DNA of 64,000 bases from an uncultured delta proteobacterium (GTDB lineage: Bacteria > Myxococcota_A > Polyangia > Palsa-1104). Below the pieces are notes generated by a model. That model did no database searches. It was not told the DNA's origin and saw only the letters and a program-made list of their open reading frames with translations. The DNA is taken from positions 64,001 through 128,000 of the forward strand of contig CAWAWS010000026.1 of NCBI GenBank assembly GCA_963785725.1, read 5' to 3'. The position numbers and the translations under genes were made by a program. Shown in pieces: positions 1 to 10,073 of the stretch (position 1 is its first letter; each line of letters begins with the position of its first letter).

Positions 1-1602
1 GAACTGGCCCGGCTCGACCGTGACCGACACGTCCTGCACGACGAACGGCGCCAGCGCGCCATAACGGAAGGACACGCGATCGAGCACGATGCTGCCCGAC
101 AGCCGATGCGTCCGCCGTGCCGCCGACTCCTGCTCGGGCGGCGTGTCGAGCACGTCGTTGAGCCGCTCGAGATAGCGACCCATCAGCTCCAGCTGCAGCG
201 CGGTGTCGACCAGCTTCGACAGCGGATAGAGGAAGCCGACGGCCAGCGCGTCGAACGCCAGCATCGCGCCGAGCGACAGCTTGCCCGAGAGCACCAACAT
301 GGCGCCGATGGCCAAGATGCACAAGGGCGAGCCGAGGCGCAGCGCCGACGTCACCGCCTCGACGGTGATGCCGAGCCGGCCGCGCTCGAGCGACGCGTTG
401 AGCACGTCGACGAACAGCCCCGACCAGTGCGACACCGCGCGATGCTCGGCGCCCATCGACTTCAGCGTCTCCATGCTCGTCAGCATCTCGACTTCGTAGC
501 TCTGCGACTTGGACTCGATTTGCAGGCTGCGCGCCGCCAAGTCGCGCTGTTTTCGCCGCGAAAAGAGGTAGACGAGCACGTTGGCGAAGCCGAAGCCGAT
601 GACGAGCGCGGCCATGAGCGGGCTCATCACCAGCATGACGACGAGATAGAGCGTGACCAAAAAGCCGTCGAGGATGCCGGACAAGACGCCCGACGTCAGC
701 ATCTCGCGCACGGTGGCGTTGGAGTTGAGCCGCATCATGAGATCGCCGGCCGAGCGCAGCTGAAAGTAGGAGTAGGGCAGCCGCGTCAGGTGATCGAGGA
801 AGCCGAGCGTCATGCGCGCGTCGACGAGCGTGCGTAAATGCAGCAGCAGATGGCCGCGCACGAGCGTCGCCACGAAGTCGAAGACGAGCATGCCGCCGAC
901 GGCCGCGCAGAGGACGACGAGCAGGCGTTCGTCGCTGCGCGGCACCACTTTGTCGACGAGCTGCGCCGTCAAGAGCGGCACCGCCAGCGCCGCCAGCTGC
1001 ACGATGAGCGACGTGACCAAGATGCGCGGCAAGAGGCCCGAGCGACCGAGCACCGAGCGCACCGTCGGCCACAAGCGGCTCTTGGAGCGCTCTTGCGGCA
1101 TGAAGCCCTCGCCGGGCTCGAGCAGCAGCGCCACGCCGGTGAACTGCTTGCCGAACTCGCTCATCGGCACGCGCCGGCGGCCGGCGGCCGGATCGACAAT
1201 CTCGACGCTGTCCTTGCGCAGCTTCTCGAAGACGACGAAGTGGTTGAACGACCAATGCAGGATCGTGCCCGGATCGATGAGCTCGAGCTGGTCAATCTCG
1301 ACCTTGACCGCGCGGCCACGCAAGCCGTAGAGGCTGGCGGCGTCGAGCAGCGTGAGCGCGTTGACGCCGTCGCGGTTCACGGCGCAGGTCTCGCGAATCT
1401 CCTCGAGCGGCACCTCTTTGCCGAAGTAGCCGAGCACCATCGTCAGGCAGGCGGCGCCGCACTCGGTGCCGGCGAGCTGCTGCACGAGCGGGATGCGCCG
1501 CCCGCGCCGGCCGAGCCGTTTGAGCTCGGGATAGCGCTCGGGCAGCGGCGCGTCGCCCGCGTCCCCATCGACCGCATGTTGCGGCGTGCGTTCAGTTGCC
1601 AT
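1..1602 (-). CDS. Peptidase-containing ABC transporter (C39 peptidase + ABC TMD + start of NBD), truncated by the window edge
   Basis: Not in the ORF track because no stop falls in the window. Translated by hand from ATG 1602: MATERTPQH...RIPLVQQLAGTECGAACLTMVLGYFG...ILHWSFNHFVVFEKL...IVDPAAG (C39 Q-x5-C, H and D residues), then TM helices, then LSGSIVLDRVSFRYG...VTVEPGQF just before Walker A. Confidence 0.93.
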   Translation of the reverse strand, partial: MATERTPQHAVDGDAGDAPLPERYPELKRLGRRGRRIPLVQQLAGTECGAACLTMVLGYFGKEVPLEEIRETCAVNRDGVNALTLLDAASLYGLRGRAVKVEIDQLELIDPGTILHWSFNHFVVFEKLRKDSVEIVDPAAGRRRVPMSEFGKQFTGVALLLEPGEGFMPQERSKSRLWPTVRSVLGRSGLLPRILVTSLIVQLAALAVPLLTAQLVDKVVPRSDERLLVVLCAAVGGMLVFDFVATLVRGHLLLHLRTLVDARMTLGFLDHLTRLPYSYFQLRSAGDLMMRLNSNATVREMLTSGVLSGILDGFLVTLYLVVMLVMSPLMAALVIGFGFANVLVYLFSRRKQRDLAARSLQIESKSQSYEVEMLTSMETLKSMGAEHRAVSHWSGLFVDVLNASLERGRLGITVEAVTSALRLGSPLCILAIGAMLVLSGKLSLGAMLAFDALAVGFLYPLSKLVDTALQLELMGRYLERLNDVLDTPPEQESAARRTHRLSGSIVLDRVSFRYGALAPFVVQDVSVTVEPGQF

Positions 1603-2581
1603 CGTTCACGAATCCGCGCAGACCAGGGACGAGCGCCGTCGCGACGCGCTGGCTGCGTACGCGCGCCTCGGCGCTGCCGGGCAGCCCCTCGTAAAAGCGC
1701 AAGGTCTTGTCGTCGTTGACGAAGGTGTGCGCCGGCAAGCTCGCCTTGACGAGCACGACCGGGCCTTCGATGACCGTCGCGTCGCCCAACTCCTGGCCCA
1801 AGTAGCGCTTGGCTTCGGCCGGGCCGACGACGTCGTCGCCGACGCTGTCGATGCTGAGGTGCTCGAGCGCGTGCGGAAAGCCGGCCAAGCGCAACACCAG
1901 CGGCTGACCGACGGCGATGAGCGGACGATAACGGCCGGGCAGGAAGGCGACGACGACGAAGCGCGCGTCATCGCCGACGAGCGACAGCGCCAAGTCGCCG
2001 GCCGCCAGCAGCTGTCCCGGCCGAATGCGCACGTCGCTGACGACGCCGGCGCGCGGCGATCGCAGCGAGCGCTCGGCCACGCGCGCCTCGGCCTGCTCCT
2101 TTTGCGCGCGCAAGGAGGTCAACGCCTGACGCACGCCGGTGTCGCCGGGATCGCGCAGCAGCTTGATGAGGTTGCCCTCGATCTCGCCCTTCAACACCGT
2201 CAGCTCGGCCTGCTCTTGCGCCATGTAAAAGCGCACCAGCAGCTGTCCCGCTTGCACGTGCTGGCCGGGCTGCACCTCGACGGACGCGACGGTGCCGGGC
2301 GCGGTGGCGGTCAGGTCGGTGCGGCCTTCGACGCGCACAATCGCCGGCCCCGTGGCCCACTCGCCGACGCTGGCGAAGACGCAGAACGAGACGGTGCCGG
2401 CGATGACGAGGACCAAGATCACGTAGGCCCAGCGCGTCCAGTTGGGGGACAGGTGCAAGAGCTCACCGTTGCCGCCGTTGTCGTCGAGCGCCGATAGAGC
2501 CGCCTTGCGGAAGATGCCGCTCTGCTCGCGCGGGCGCTCCGTCGTCTCGTCGGTCGAGCTGTCGTCGTGGGTCGCCGGCAT
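1592..2581 (-). CDS. HlyD-family secretion adaptor (membrane fusion protein)
   Basis: N-terminal IFRKAAL motif, one TM helix, lipoyl-like halves (APGTVASVEVQPGQHVQAGQLL; SPRAGVVSDVRIRPGQLL) around a coiled coil; overlaps the ABC transporter start. Confidence 0.88.
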   Translation of the reverse strand: MPATHDDSSTDETTERPREQSGIFRKAALSALDDNGGNGELLHLSPNWTRWAYVILVLVIAGTVSFCVFASVGEWATGPAIVRVEGRTDLTATAPGTVASVEVQPGQHVQAGQLLVRFYMAQEQAELTVLKGEIEGNLIKLLRDPGDTGVRQALTSLRAQKEQAEARVAERSLRSPRAGVVSDVRIRPGQLLAAGDLALSLVGDDARFVVVAFLPGRYRPLIAVGQPLVLRLAGFPHALEHLSIDSVGDDVVGPAEAKRYLGQELGDATVIEGPVVLVKASLPAHTFVNDDKTLRFYEGLPGSAEARVRSQRVATALVPGLRGFVNDGN

Positions 2582-2582
2582 G

Positions 2583-3473
2583 TCAGCGCGCCTGCGCCCG
2601 TTCGCCTTCGTCGTCGAGGGTGACGCGCCCGACCATGCCGTCGGACAGCTTGGCGAGCACGGCCGCCGGCGCTTCGACGCGCCCGACGGCGAAGATGACG
2701 CGCGCCGCGGTGTCGACCTCCGGCGCCACGCTCTCGACGCGGATGGGCAGCGGACGGGCGAGCGACTTGACCGTCAGCCAGGCGCGCATGCCGGCGCTGA
2801 CGCGACCCGCGCTCTCCTCGGTCACGGCGAAGCGCACGCGCGCGTCACGCGAGCCGAGCAGGCGCACCACCGGTCGCGTCGGGCCGGCCATCGCGCCGGC
2901 GTCGACGTAGCGCTGCGCGACGACGCCATCGAAGGGCGCGCGCAGCCGGGCGTCGGTGACGAGCGTGCGCAGCTCGTCGACGCGCGCCTTCTTGTCGAGC
3001 ACCATCACCCGCGCGTTCGAGATTTCCTCGACCGAGAGCACGCCTTCGGCCAAGCCCGACCGGCGCTTCAGGCGCTCGCGCGCGTCGGCGAGCGAGGCTT
3101 CGGCCAGCGCCAGCGCCTGTCGGGCGGCGCGCGTGTCGAGCTCGGCCACGACGCCGCCGCGCACCACGTGATCGCCGGGCTTGACCTTCACCGCCAAGAG
3201 GCGCCCGTCGATCTTGGGCGCCAGCTCGACCGATTCGCCGCTCAAGACGACGCCGAGAAAGTCGGCGTGCACTGCCGCCGCGGCCGTCTCCGTCGGGTCG
3301 ATGGTCGCATTGGGCGGCGTCGTCGGCGGCGCGGCGGTCGTGGGCGGCGCGTGCGCATGCGGCGGACGCGTCAACAGGCCGGCGAGCGCGCCCAGGCCGA
3401 CGACTGTCACCATCGCAAATAGGACCGAGAGACGCACCAAAGGCACCGTAGCAGACGGAAGGGCGCGCGTCAT
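2583..3473 (-). CDS. RND-type periplasmic adaptor subunit
   Basis: C-terminal part of ORF 2583..4580 from ATG 3473 (ATGA overlap with the TolC stop): TM helix, APKIDGRLLAVKVKPGDHV, LRAPFDGVVAQRYVDAG. Confidence 0.85.
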   Translation of the reverse strand: MTRALPSATVPLVRLSVLFAMVTVVGLGALAGLLTRPPHAHAPPTTAAPPTTPPNATIDPTETAAAAVHADFLGVVLSGESVELAPKIDGRLLAVKVKPGDHVVRGGVVAELDTRAARQALALAEASLADARERLKRRSGLAEGVLSVEEISNARVMVLDKKARVDELRTLVTDARLRAPFDGVVAQRYVDAGAMAGPTRPVVRLLGSRDARVRFAVTEESAGRVSAGMRAWLTVKSLARPLPIRVESVAPEVDTAARVIFAVGRVEAPAAVLAKLSDGMVGRVTLDDEGERAQAR

Positions 3474-4841
3474 AGCTGACCCGTCGCCGCCAAGAGCGCG
3501 GCCTCGGCTTCGGCCGTGGCCACCGACGCGTCCATCAAGTCGCCCTCGAGCTGCGCCAGATCCGTCTGCGCCAGCAGCATCTCGACCAGCAGCGCCTCGC
3601 CGACCAGGTAGCGCTTGGACAGGAGCTCGAGCGCCCGCCGGGCCGAGGCCACGGCGTCGGCGACCAGCGTCTTGCGTTCGAGCGCGGTGCGCAGCCGGCC
3701 GTGCGCGCTCTGCACGTCGGCGCGCACCTGATAGCGCGTGCGCTCGACGTCGAGCCGGGCGCGATCGCGCAGGAAGCCGGCGTCGCGCACCGCCGTCCAC
3801 GTCGACAGCGTGTCGAAGAAGATCCAATCGACGCGTACGCCCGCGAACGCCGTGAACACCAGTTGCTCGTTCGCCTCCGCCAGCGAGTGCACTTCGGCCG
3901 ACGTGCCAAAGTAATCCTGGTTCCCCAGCGTCGCCTGGCCGAACAGCGAGACCTGCGGCCAATAGCCGCCTTTGGCCGCCCGCACCGCCTGCACCTGCGC
4001 GTCGACGATCGCGCCGCGCGCCTGCAGCTCCGGCCGCTGCCGCTCGGCCGCGTCGAGCGCCTGCGGCAACGGCGGCAGCGGCGGGGCGTGCGCCGCCGGA
4101 TCTTCGCTCAGCGCGAGCGGCTCCTCGACTTGCAGCGCCGCGCCCAGCTGCGCCCGCGCCACCAGCTGCTGCGATTCGATGGCGTTGACCGTCTCCGCCT
4201 GCCGCATGCTCGAGACGTGGGCGCGCTCGTAGTCGACCTGCGGCGCGATGCCCGCCGACACGCGCGTCTTGGCCGCGCGCTCGATGGCTTGCGTCCGATC
4301 GAGCGCGCGCCGCGCCACTTGCAGCGCCAGCTCGGCGCGGCGCACCTCCCAATAGGCGTTGGCGGCGTCGAGCCCGATGGCGTTGAGCGCGGCGCGGCGG
4401 CCGGCCTCGCTGGCGCGCTCGTTGGCGCGCGCGCCGGCCAGGTGCGCCTCGACGGTGAAGCCGCTCCACACCGGGACGGTCAGGTTCGCCGTCAAGGCGT
4501 AGGGATGCGACTCGATGGGACACTGCGACGACGGCGGTGGATTCGGCATCGACGGCGACGTCGCGGTGTCGAGCCCGCACACGACCTGCGCGCTCAGGCC
4601 GGTGCTACGATAGACGCCGGCCTGCTCGTTGAAGGTCGCCTCCAGCGTCAAATGGGCGCGCTCGAGCTTGGCGCGCAAGCGTGTTCAGCTCCGCGCGGCG
4701 CATATCGACTTCGGCCTGGCCGACTTCGGCGCGACGACCGCGCGCCAGCGCGATGGCGTCGGCCAGCGACAGCTGCCGATCGGCGCGCGCCGGCGCCGTC
4801 ACGGCCAGCAGCGCGGCAATCCCGAGGGTGCGACGAACCAT
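3470..4841 (-). CDS. TolC-family outer membrane efflux protein (frameshift near 4678)
   Basis: Signal peptide MVRRTLGIAALLAVTAPARA then LSLADAIALA in one frame; continues in ORF 3470..4678 with OEP repeats (ANAYWEV, RQRPEL, GGYWPQVSL). One extra base joins the frames. Confidence 0.85.
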
Positions 4842-4964
4842 GGCGCCATATGAGCACACTCGGCGCGCCCGGGCGCGTAACAGCGCTCACTGGATCAGGA
4901 AAAAACGCAATCGCATTCGTGGCTTGGCGAGCTACAGCAGGGTGGCGAGCGGTGGCGCCGGAGG

Positions 4965-5444
4965 CTACTTTTGCGCCGTCTCCAGCTGCTCCCAGCGCTT
5001 GGTGACGTCGAGCGCCTCGCCGGTCTCCAGGAACGTCTTCAGGCTCGACAAGATCGCCGGCCAGCCGCTCTGGATGCGCCCATCGACGCTCGAGCCGGGC
5101 TCGTAGGCTTCGTGCACGACCGTGAGCTTGACGTTCTTGGGCCCGGCGGCCTCGATCGAGAACGTCACCTTCGTGGCCGGCGGCGACGCCGCGCCCGCGG
5201 GCACGCGAAGGCCCCAGCGCAGCACGAGCTTTTGCGGCTTGTCGACCTCCAACACCTGCAGCTGCGCCATGTCGGGATCGCCGTTGCGCTTCTTGAAGTC
5301 GACGATCGAGCCCACCTTCCAGTCGGACTCGATGGCGCGGCCGGCCCAATATTCCTGCGTGAAGCGTTTGTCTGTCAGCGCCTCCCACAGTCGCTCCGCC
5401 GTCGTGTTGATATAGGTGACATACACAAAATCAGGCTTCGTCAT
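4965..5444 (-). CDS. SRPBCC/AHSA1-family protein
   Basis: FVYVTYINTTAERLWEALTD...YWAG...SDWKVGS...GWPAILSSLKTFLETG; GGAGG 6 nt before ATG 5444; usual partner of ArsR. Confidence 0.9.
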   Translation of the reverse strand: MTKPDFVYVTYINTTAERLWEALTDKRFTQEYWAGRAIESDWKVGSIVDFKKRNGDPDMAQLQVLEVDKPQKLVLRWGLRVPAGAASPPATKVTFSIEAAGPKNVKLTVVHEAYEPGSSVDGRIQSGWPAILSSLKTFLETGEALDVTKRWEQLETAQK

Positions 5445-5751
5445 CGTCATCCTCCAGTCCACGTTTCAACGCCGCCAGCGCGCGTAGGCGGCTCTTCTCG
5501 TACTTCCCGATCCAGCGCTCGTAGATTTCGCCGATCGGCACCGGGTTGAGATAGTGCAGCTTCTCGCGTCCGTTCTTGACGGTGACGACGAGCCGCGCCG
5601 CTTCCAGCAGCGCCAGATGCTTGGTCACCGCCTGCCGGCTCATCGCCACATGCGCACACAGCGCGTGCAACGTCTGACCGTTCTCTTCGAACAGCCGATC
5701 GAGGAGCTCGCGCCGCGTGGCATCGGCGAGCGCCTTGAAGACGTCGTCCAC
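5431..5751 (-). CDS. ArsR/SmtB-family transcriptional regulator
   Basis: DDVFKALADATRRELLDRL...MSRQAVTKHLALLEAARLV...GREKLHYLNPVPI. Confidence 0.92.
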   Translation of the reverse strand: MDDVFKALADATRRELLDRLFEENGQTLHALCAHVAMSRQAVTKHLALLEAARLVVTVKNGREKLHYLNPVPIGEIYERWIGKYEKSRLRALAALKRGLEDDDDEA

Positions 5752-5757
5752 GAGCCC

Positions 5758-5786
5758 AGAATGGCAACCAAATAGTTGCCTGTCAA
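5758..5786 (-). promoter_or_regulatory. Sigma70-type promoter with palindromic operator, ArsR-SRPBCC operon
   Basis: Minus strand TTGACA (5786-5781), 17 nt, CATTCT (5763-5758), 6 nt, GTG start; the inverted repeat GGCAAC-N6-GTTGCC (5763-5780) fills the spacer. Confidence 0.75.
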
Positions 5787-5828
5787 CTGGGGTCTATCGA
5801 ACGTGCGATAAGGAAGCGGGCGTAGGCG

Positions 5829-6281
5829 TTAGAGCTTCTTGAGGACTTCGAGCGATTCGGCGACGTGCTGCTTGACGCGCAGCTGCGAGCGGAAGACGTG
5901 GCGCACGATGCCCGACTTGTCGATGATGAACGTCTCGCGGCCGGCCAACACGCCCAGCGTCGACTTGACGCCGTATTGCGCGCGCACTTTGCCGCCTTCG
6001 TCGGTGACGAACTGCATCGGCAGGTTGTGCTTGCCGGCGAACTGCTGATGCGACGCCAGCGAGTCGCTGCTGATGCCGATGACCTCGGCGCCGGCGGCCA
6101 CGAAGTCTTCGTAGGCGTCGCGGAAGCTGCACGCTTCGACGGTGCAGCCGGGCGACGAGTCCTTCGGGTAAAAGAAGAGCACGACGTTCTTCTTGCCGAC
6201 GAAGTCGGACAGCTTCAGCTCGCCGCCGCGCAACGCCGGCAGCACGAACTCGGGCGCTCTTTGACCGACCGCGATGCTCAT
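5829..6281 (-). CDS. bcp: Peroxiredoxin, BCP/PrxQ type
   Basis: VVLFFYPKDSSPGCTVEACSFRD (PxxxT/SxxC plus CxxxxC) and GRETFIID. Confidence 0.9.
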   Translation of the reverse strand: MSIAVGQRAPEFVLPALRGGELKLSDFVGKKNVVLFFYPKDSSPGCTVEACSFRDAYEDFVAAGAEVIGISSDSLASHQQFAGKHNLPMQFVTDEGGKVRAQYGVKSTLGVLAGRETFIIDKSGIVRHVFRSQLRVKQHVAESLEVLKKL

Positions 6282-6697
6282 GACTCGACCACGAGCTTGA
6301 CGTCGATGTTGCCCTTCGTCGCCAGCGAATATGGGCAGACGCCGTGCGCGGCTTCCATGAGCGCCTTGGCCTCTTCGGGCGTGCGGCCGGCTATCTTGCC
6401 GTGCAGCTCGACCGACAGGCCGAAGCCGCCCGCGTCCGTCTTGTTGAGCGTGACGTGGGCCGTGATGTGCGCGTCCTCGACCGGCTTGTGCTGCATGCGC
6501 GCCACCAGGCGCAGCGCGCTCTCGAAGCAGGCGGCGTAGCCGGCCGCGAACAGCTGCTCCGGATTCGTCGCCTGGCCGCCCGGGCCGCCGAGCGACTTCG
6601 GCATCGCCAGCGCCAGATCGAGCGCCGGATCGTCCGCGTGAATCTTTCCTTCGCGCCCACCATGGGCCGTGACGATGGCGGTATAGAGCGGTGTCAT
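6278..6697 (-). CDS. ohr: Organic hydroperoxide resistance protein
   Basis: GGREG, TNPEQLFAAGYAACF, AHGVCPYS; both catalytic Cys present. Confidence 0.95.
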   Translation of the reverse strand: MTPLYTAIVTAHGGREGKIHADDPALDLALAMPKSLGGPGGQATNPEQLFAAGYAACFESALRLVARMQHKPVEDAHITAHVTLNKTDAGGFGLSVELHGKIAGRTPEEAKALMEAAHGVCPYSLATKGNIDVKLVVES

Positions 6698-7173
6698 GAG
6701 GTCTTCTCCTTTTGCGCGCCGTCGGCGCGCGTCGCTTCCAGTAGCCGCAAGAGCTCGCGGCGAAGACGAGCCAGCTCCGTGACGGAGAGGCCCATTTTAC
6801 AGACCATCGACTGCGGAATCTGCTTGGCCGACCGCTTGAGCCGCTTGCCCGCCGTCGTCAGCCACACGCCGACGACGCGTGCATCCTCGGCCGAGCGCCG
6901 CCGTTGCACGAGCCCGGCCGTCTCGAGGCGCGTCACGAGAGGCGTCAGCGTGCCCGAGTCGAGCATCAGCCGCTCGCCCAGCCGCCGCACCGACGCGCCG
7001 TCGGTCTCCCACAAGACCAGCAGCACCAAATACTGCGGATACGTGATGCCGAGCGGCGCCAACAGCGGCTGATACAGCTGCACCACCGCCCGACTGGCGC
7101 CATAGAGCGCGAAGCAGAGCTGGTGGTCCAGCTTGAGCCACTCGTCCTCGTGATCCGGCGGCGCCATGTCCAT
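6694..7173 (-). CDS. ohrR: OhrR (MarR family) peroxide-sensing repressor
   Basis: C-terminal part of ORF 6694..7770: LKLDHQLCFALYGAS...ITYPQYLVLLVLWE...LDSGTLTPL; second Cys near the C-terminus; ATGA-coupled to ohr. Start 7173 or 7167. Confidence 0.92.
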   Translation of the reverse strand: MDMAPPDHEDEWLKLDHQLCFALYGASRAVVQLYQPLLAPLGITYPQYLVLLVLWETDGASVRRLGERLMLDSGTLTPLVTRLETAGLVQRRRSAEDARVVGVWLTTAGKRLKRSAKQIPQSMVCKMGLSVTELARLRRELLRLLEATRADGAQKEKTS

Positions 7174-7199
7174 AGGATGTCGCGCTCGATTGAATCGTT

Positions 7200-7214
7200 T
7201 GCAATTAAATTGTG
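7200..7214. promoter_or_regulatory. OhrR operator
   Basis: TGCAATT-A-AATTGTG in an AT-rich patch just upstream of ohrR, resembling the TACAATT-N-AATTGTA OhrR box. Confidence 0.75.
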
Positions 7215-7229
7215 TAAAATCTAATTTCG

Positions 7230-7754
7230 TCAGCTGCCGAGAAACACGTAACGGGCGGAGTAGGGCACGCGCGTGACGCGGTCGGCGTGGGCGGCGTCGC
7301 AGCCGTCGGCCGGCGCTTTTCCGCCTTGGGTGGCGAGGCGTTGCACGAAGCGGACGGCGCCGAGGACGCCGGCGCCGTGGTGCTCTTTGACCGACAGGAG
7401 CAGCCACGGGATGGCGGCGGCGTCGGGCGCGTCGGCCTTGGTGACGAGCGCGCCGACGATCTGGCTGCCGTCGCGCCATTCCCACGTCGGTCCGGCGAAG
7501 TGGCGGCCGAGGCGCTGGCCGTTCGCGTCGTTCAAGACGGCGTCGGGGCCGCGCAAGGTCCAGGCGAAGGCGCCGTCTTTGCCGGCGGCGCAGACGTAAT
7601 CTTGCGTGCCGGTGGCGTCGGCGGCGACGACGATGCGCGTGCCGGCGGGCGCGGCGAGGGCCGCGGGCGCGACGCTCTCGACGCGCGTGGCCGCGCAGCC
7701 CGCCAAGAGTGACAACTGCATGACAGCGACGGTGGCACGGCGCAGGCGCGGCAT
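7230..7754 (-). CDS. DUF3455-family lipoprotein
   Basis: Lipobox LAGC; GTQDYVC, GRHFAGPTWE, AIPWLLL, QRLATQGGKAP, VPYSARYVF. Confidence 0.8.
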   Translation of the reverse strand: MPRLRRATVAVMQLSLLAGCAATRVESVAPAALAAPAGTRIVVAADATGTQDYVCAAGKDGAFAWTLRGPDAVLNDANGQRLGRHFAGPTWEWRDGSQIVGALVTKADAPDAAAIPWLLLSVKEHHGAGVLGAVRFVQRLATQGGKAPADGCDAAHADRVTRVPYSARYVFLGS

Positions 7755-7797
7755 GCGCGAACCATATCATGCGCCCGCGGCGGAGTTGGCTCGGACC

Positions 7798-9410
<1,613 letters not shown>

Positions 9411-9507
9411 GCATTGACGATAACACCGCGTGCCGCTGCGCGACCGATGCGCGCTGCGTCATCACCGCAGAATCATGCGCATCGCCGGAACTATAGTGCG
9501 CGCAGCG

Positions 9508-10002
9508 TCAGCGGCGCTTGGTGGGCGTGCGCGTCGCGGCGGCGAGACCGTCGAGCGAAATCTTCGCCGTCTCGCTGTGCTCGGACGAAGCCATCGTCTG
9601 CCCGCGCCGCGTGCCCGTCGAGCGCGCCTGATTGCGCTCGGCGCAGGGCGCGGAACAGCAGACCGGATTGCGCCTGTCGACGCCGAAGCGCTTGCCGCAC
9701 TCGACGCACATGCGCTCGGAGCCGGCGACCGAGTTGTAGACGGGCGCGATCTCGGTGCGGACGAACGTCGCCCACTCGTCGGCGCTCGGCAGCCGCGCCG
9801 CGAAGTTTCCTGCCGCTTGCTGCAGCATGCGCAGCCGCGCCGCCGCCTCGTCGCCGAGCACGGGCTTCTTGACGCCGGTGCGCGGATCGCGCTCGCGCCC
9901 TTCCTTCTCGGCCCAAATCCACAGCGGATCGGGCGTCTTGTCACCGTCGCTGGCGGACGGAATCGGTCGAGTGGGGCGCTTCTTCGAGTTGTCCAAGTGC
10001 AC
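9508..10002 (-). CDS. Hypothetical protein with CxxC...CCxxxC zinc-finger-like motif
   Basis: 164-aa ORF containing CVECGKRFGVDRRNPVCCSAPC; TATGAT and GGA lie upstream of the GTG. Confidence 0.6.
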   Translation of the reverse strand: MHLDNSKKRPTRPIPSASDGDKTPDPLWIWAEKEGRERDPRTGVKKPVLGDEAAARLRMLQQAAGNFAARLPSADEWATFVRTEIAPVYNSVAGSERMCVECGKRFGVDRRNPVCCSAPCAERNQARSTGTRRGQTMASSEHSETAKISLDGLAAATRTPTKRR

Positions 10003-10073
10003 TCCGTCCGCGCATCATATCATGTTCCGCACGAACTGAAGGCTGGGTTACGACTTCAGCGCGCGCGAAATCG

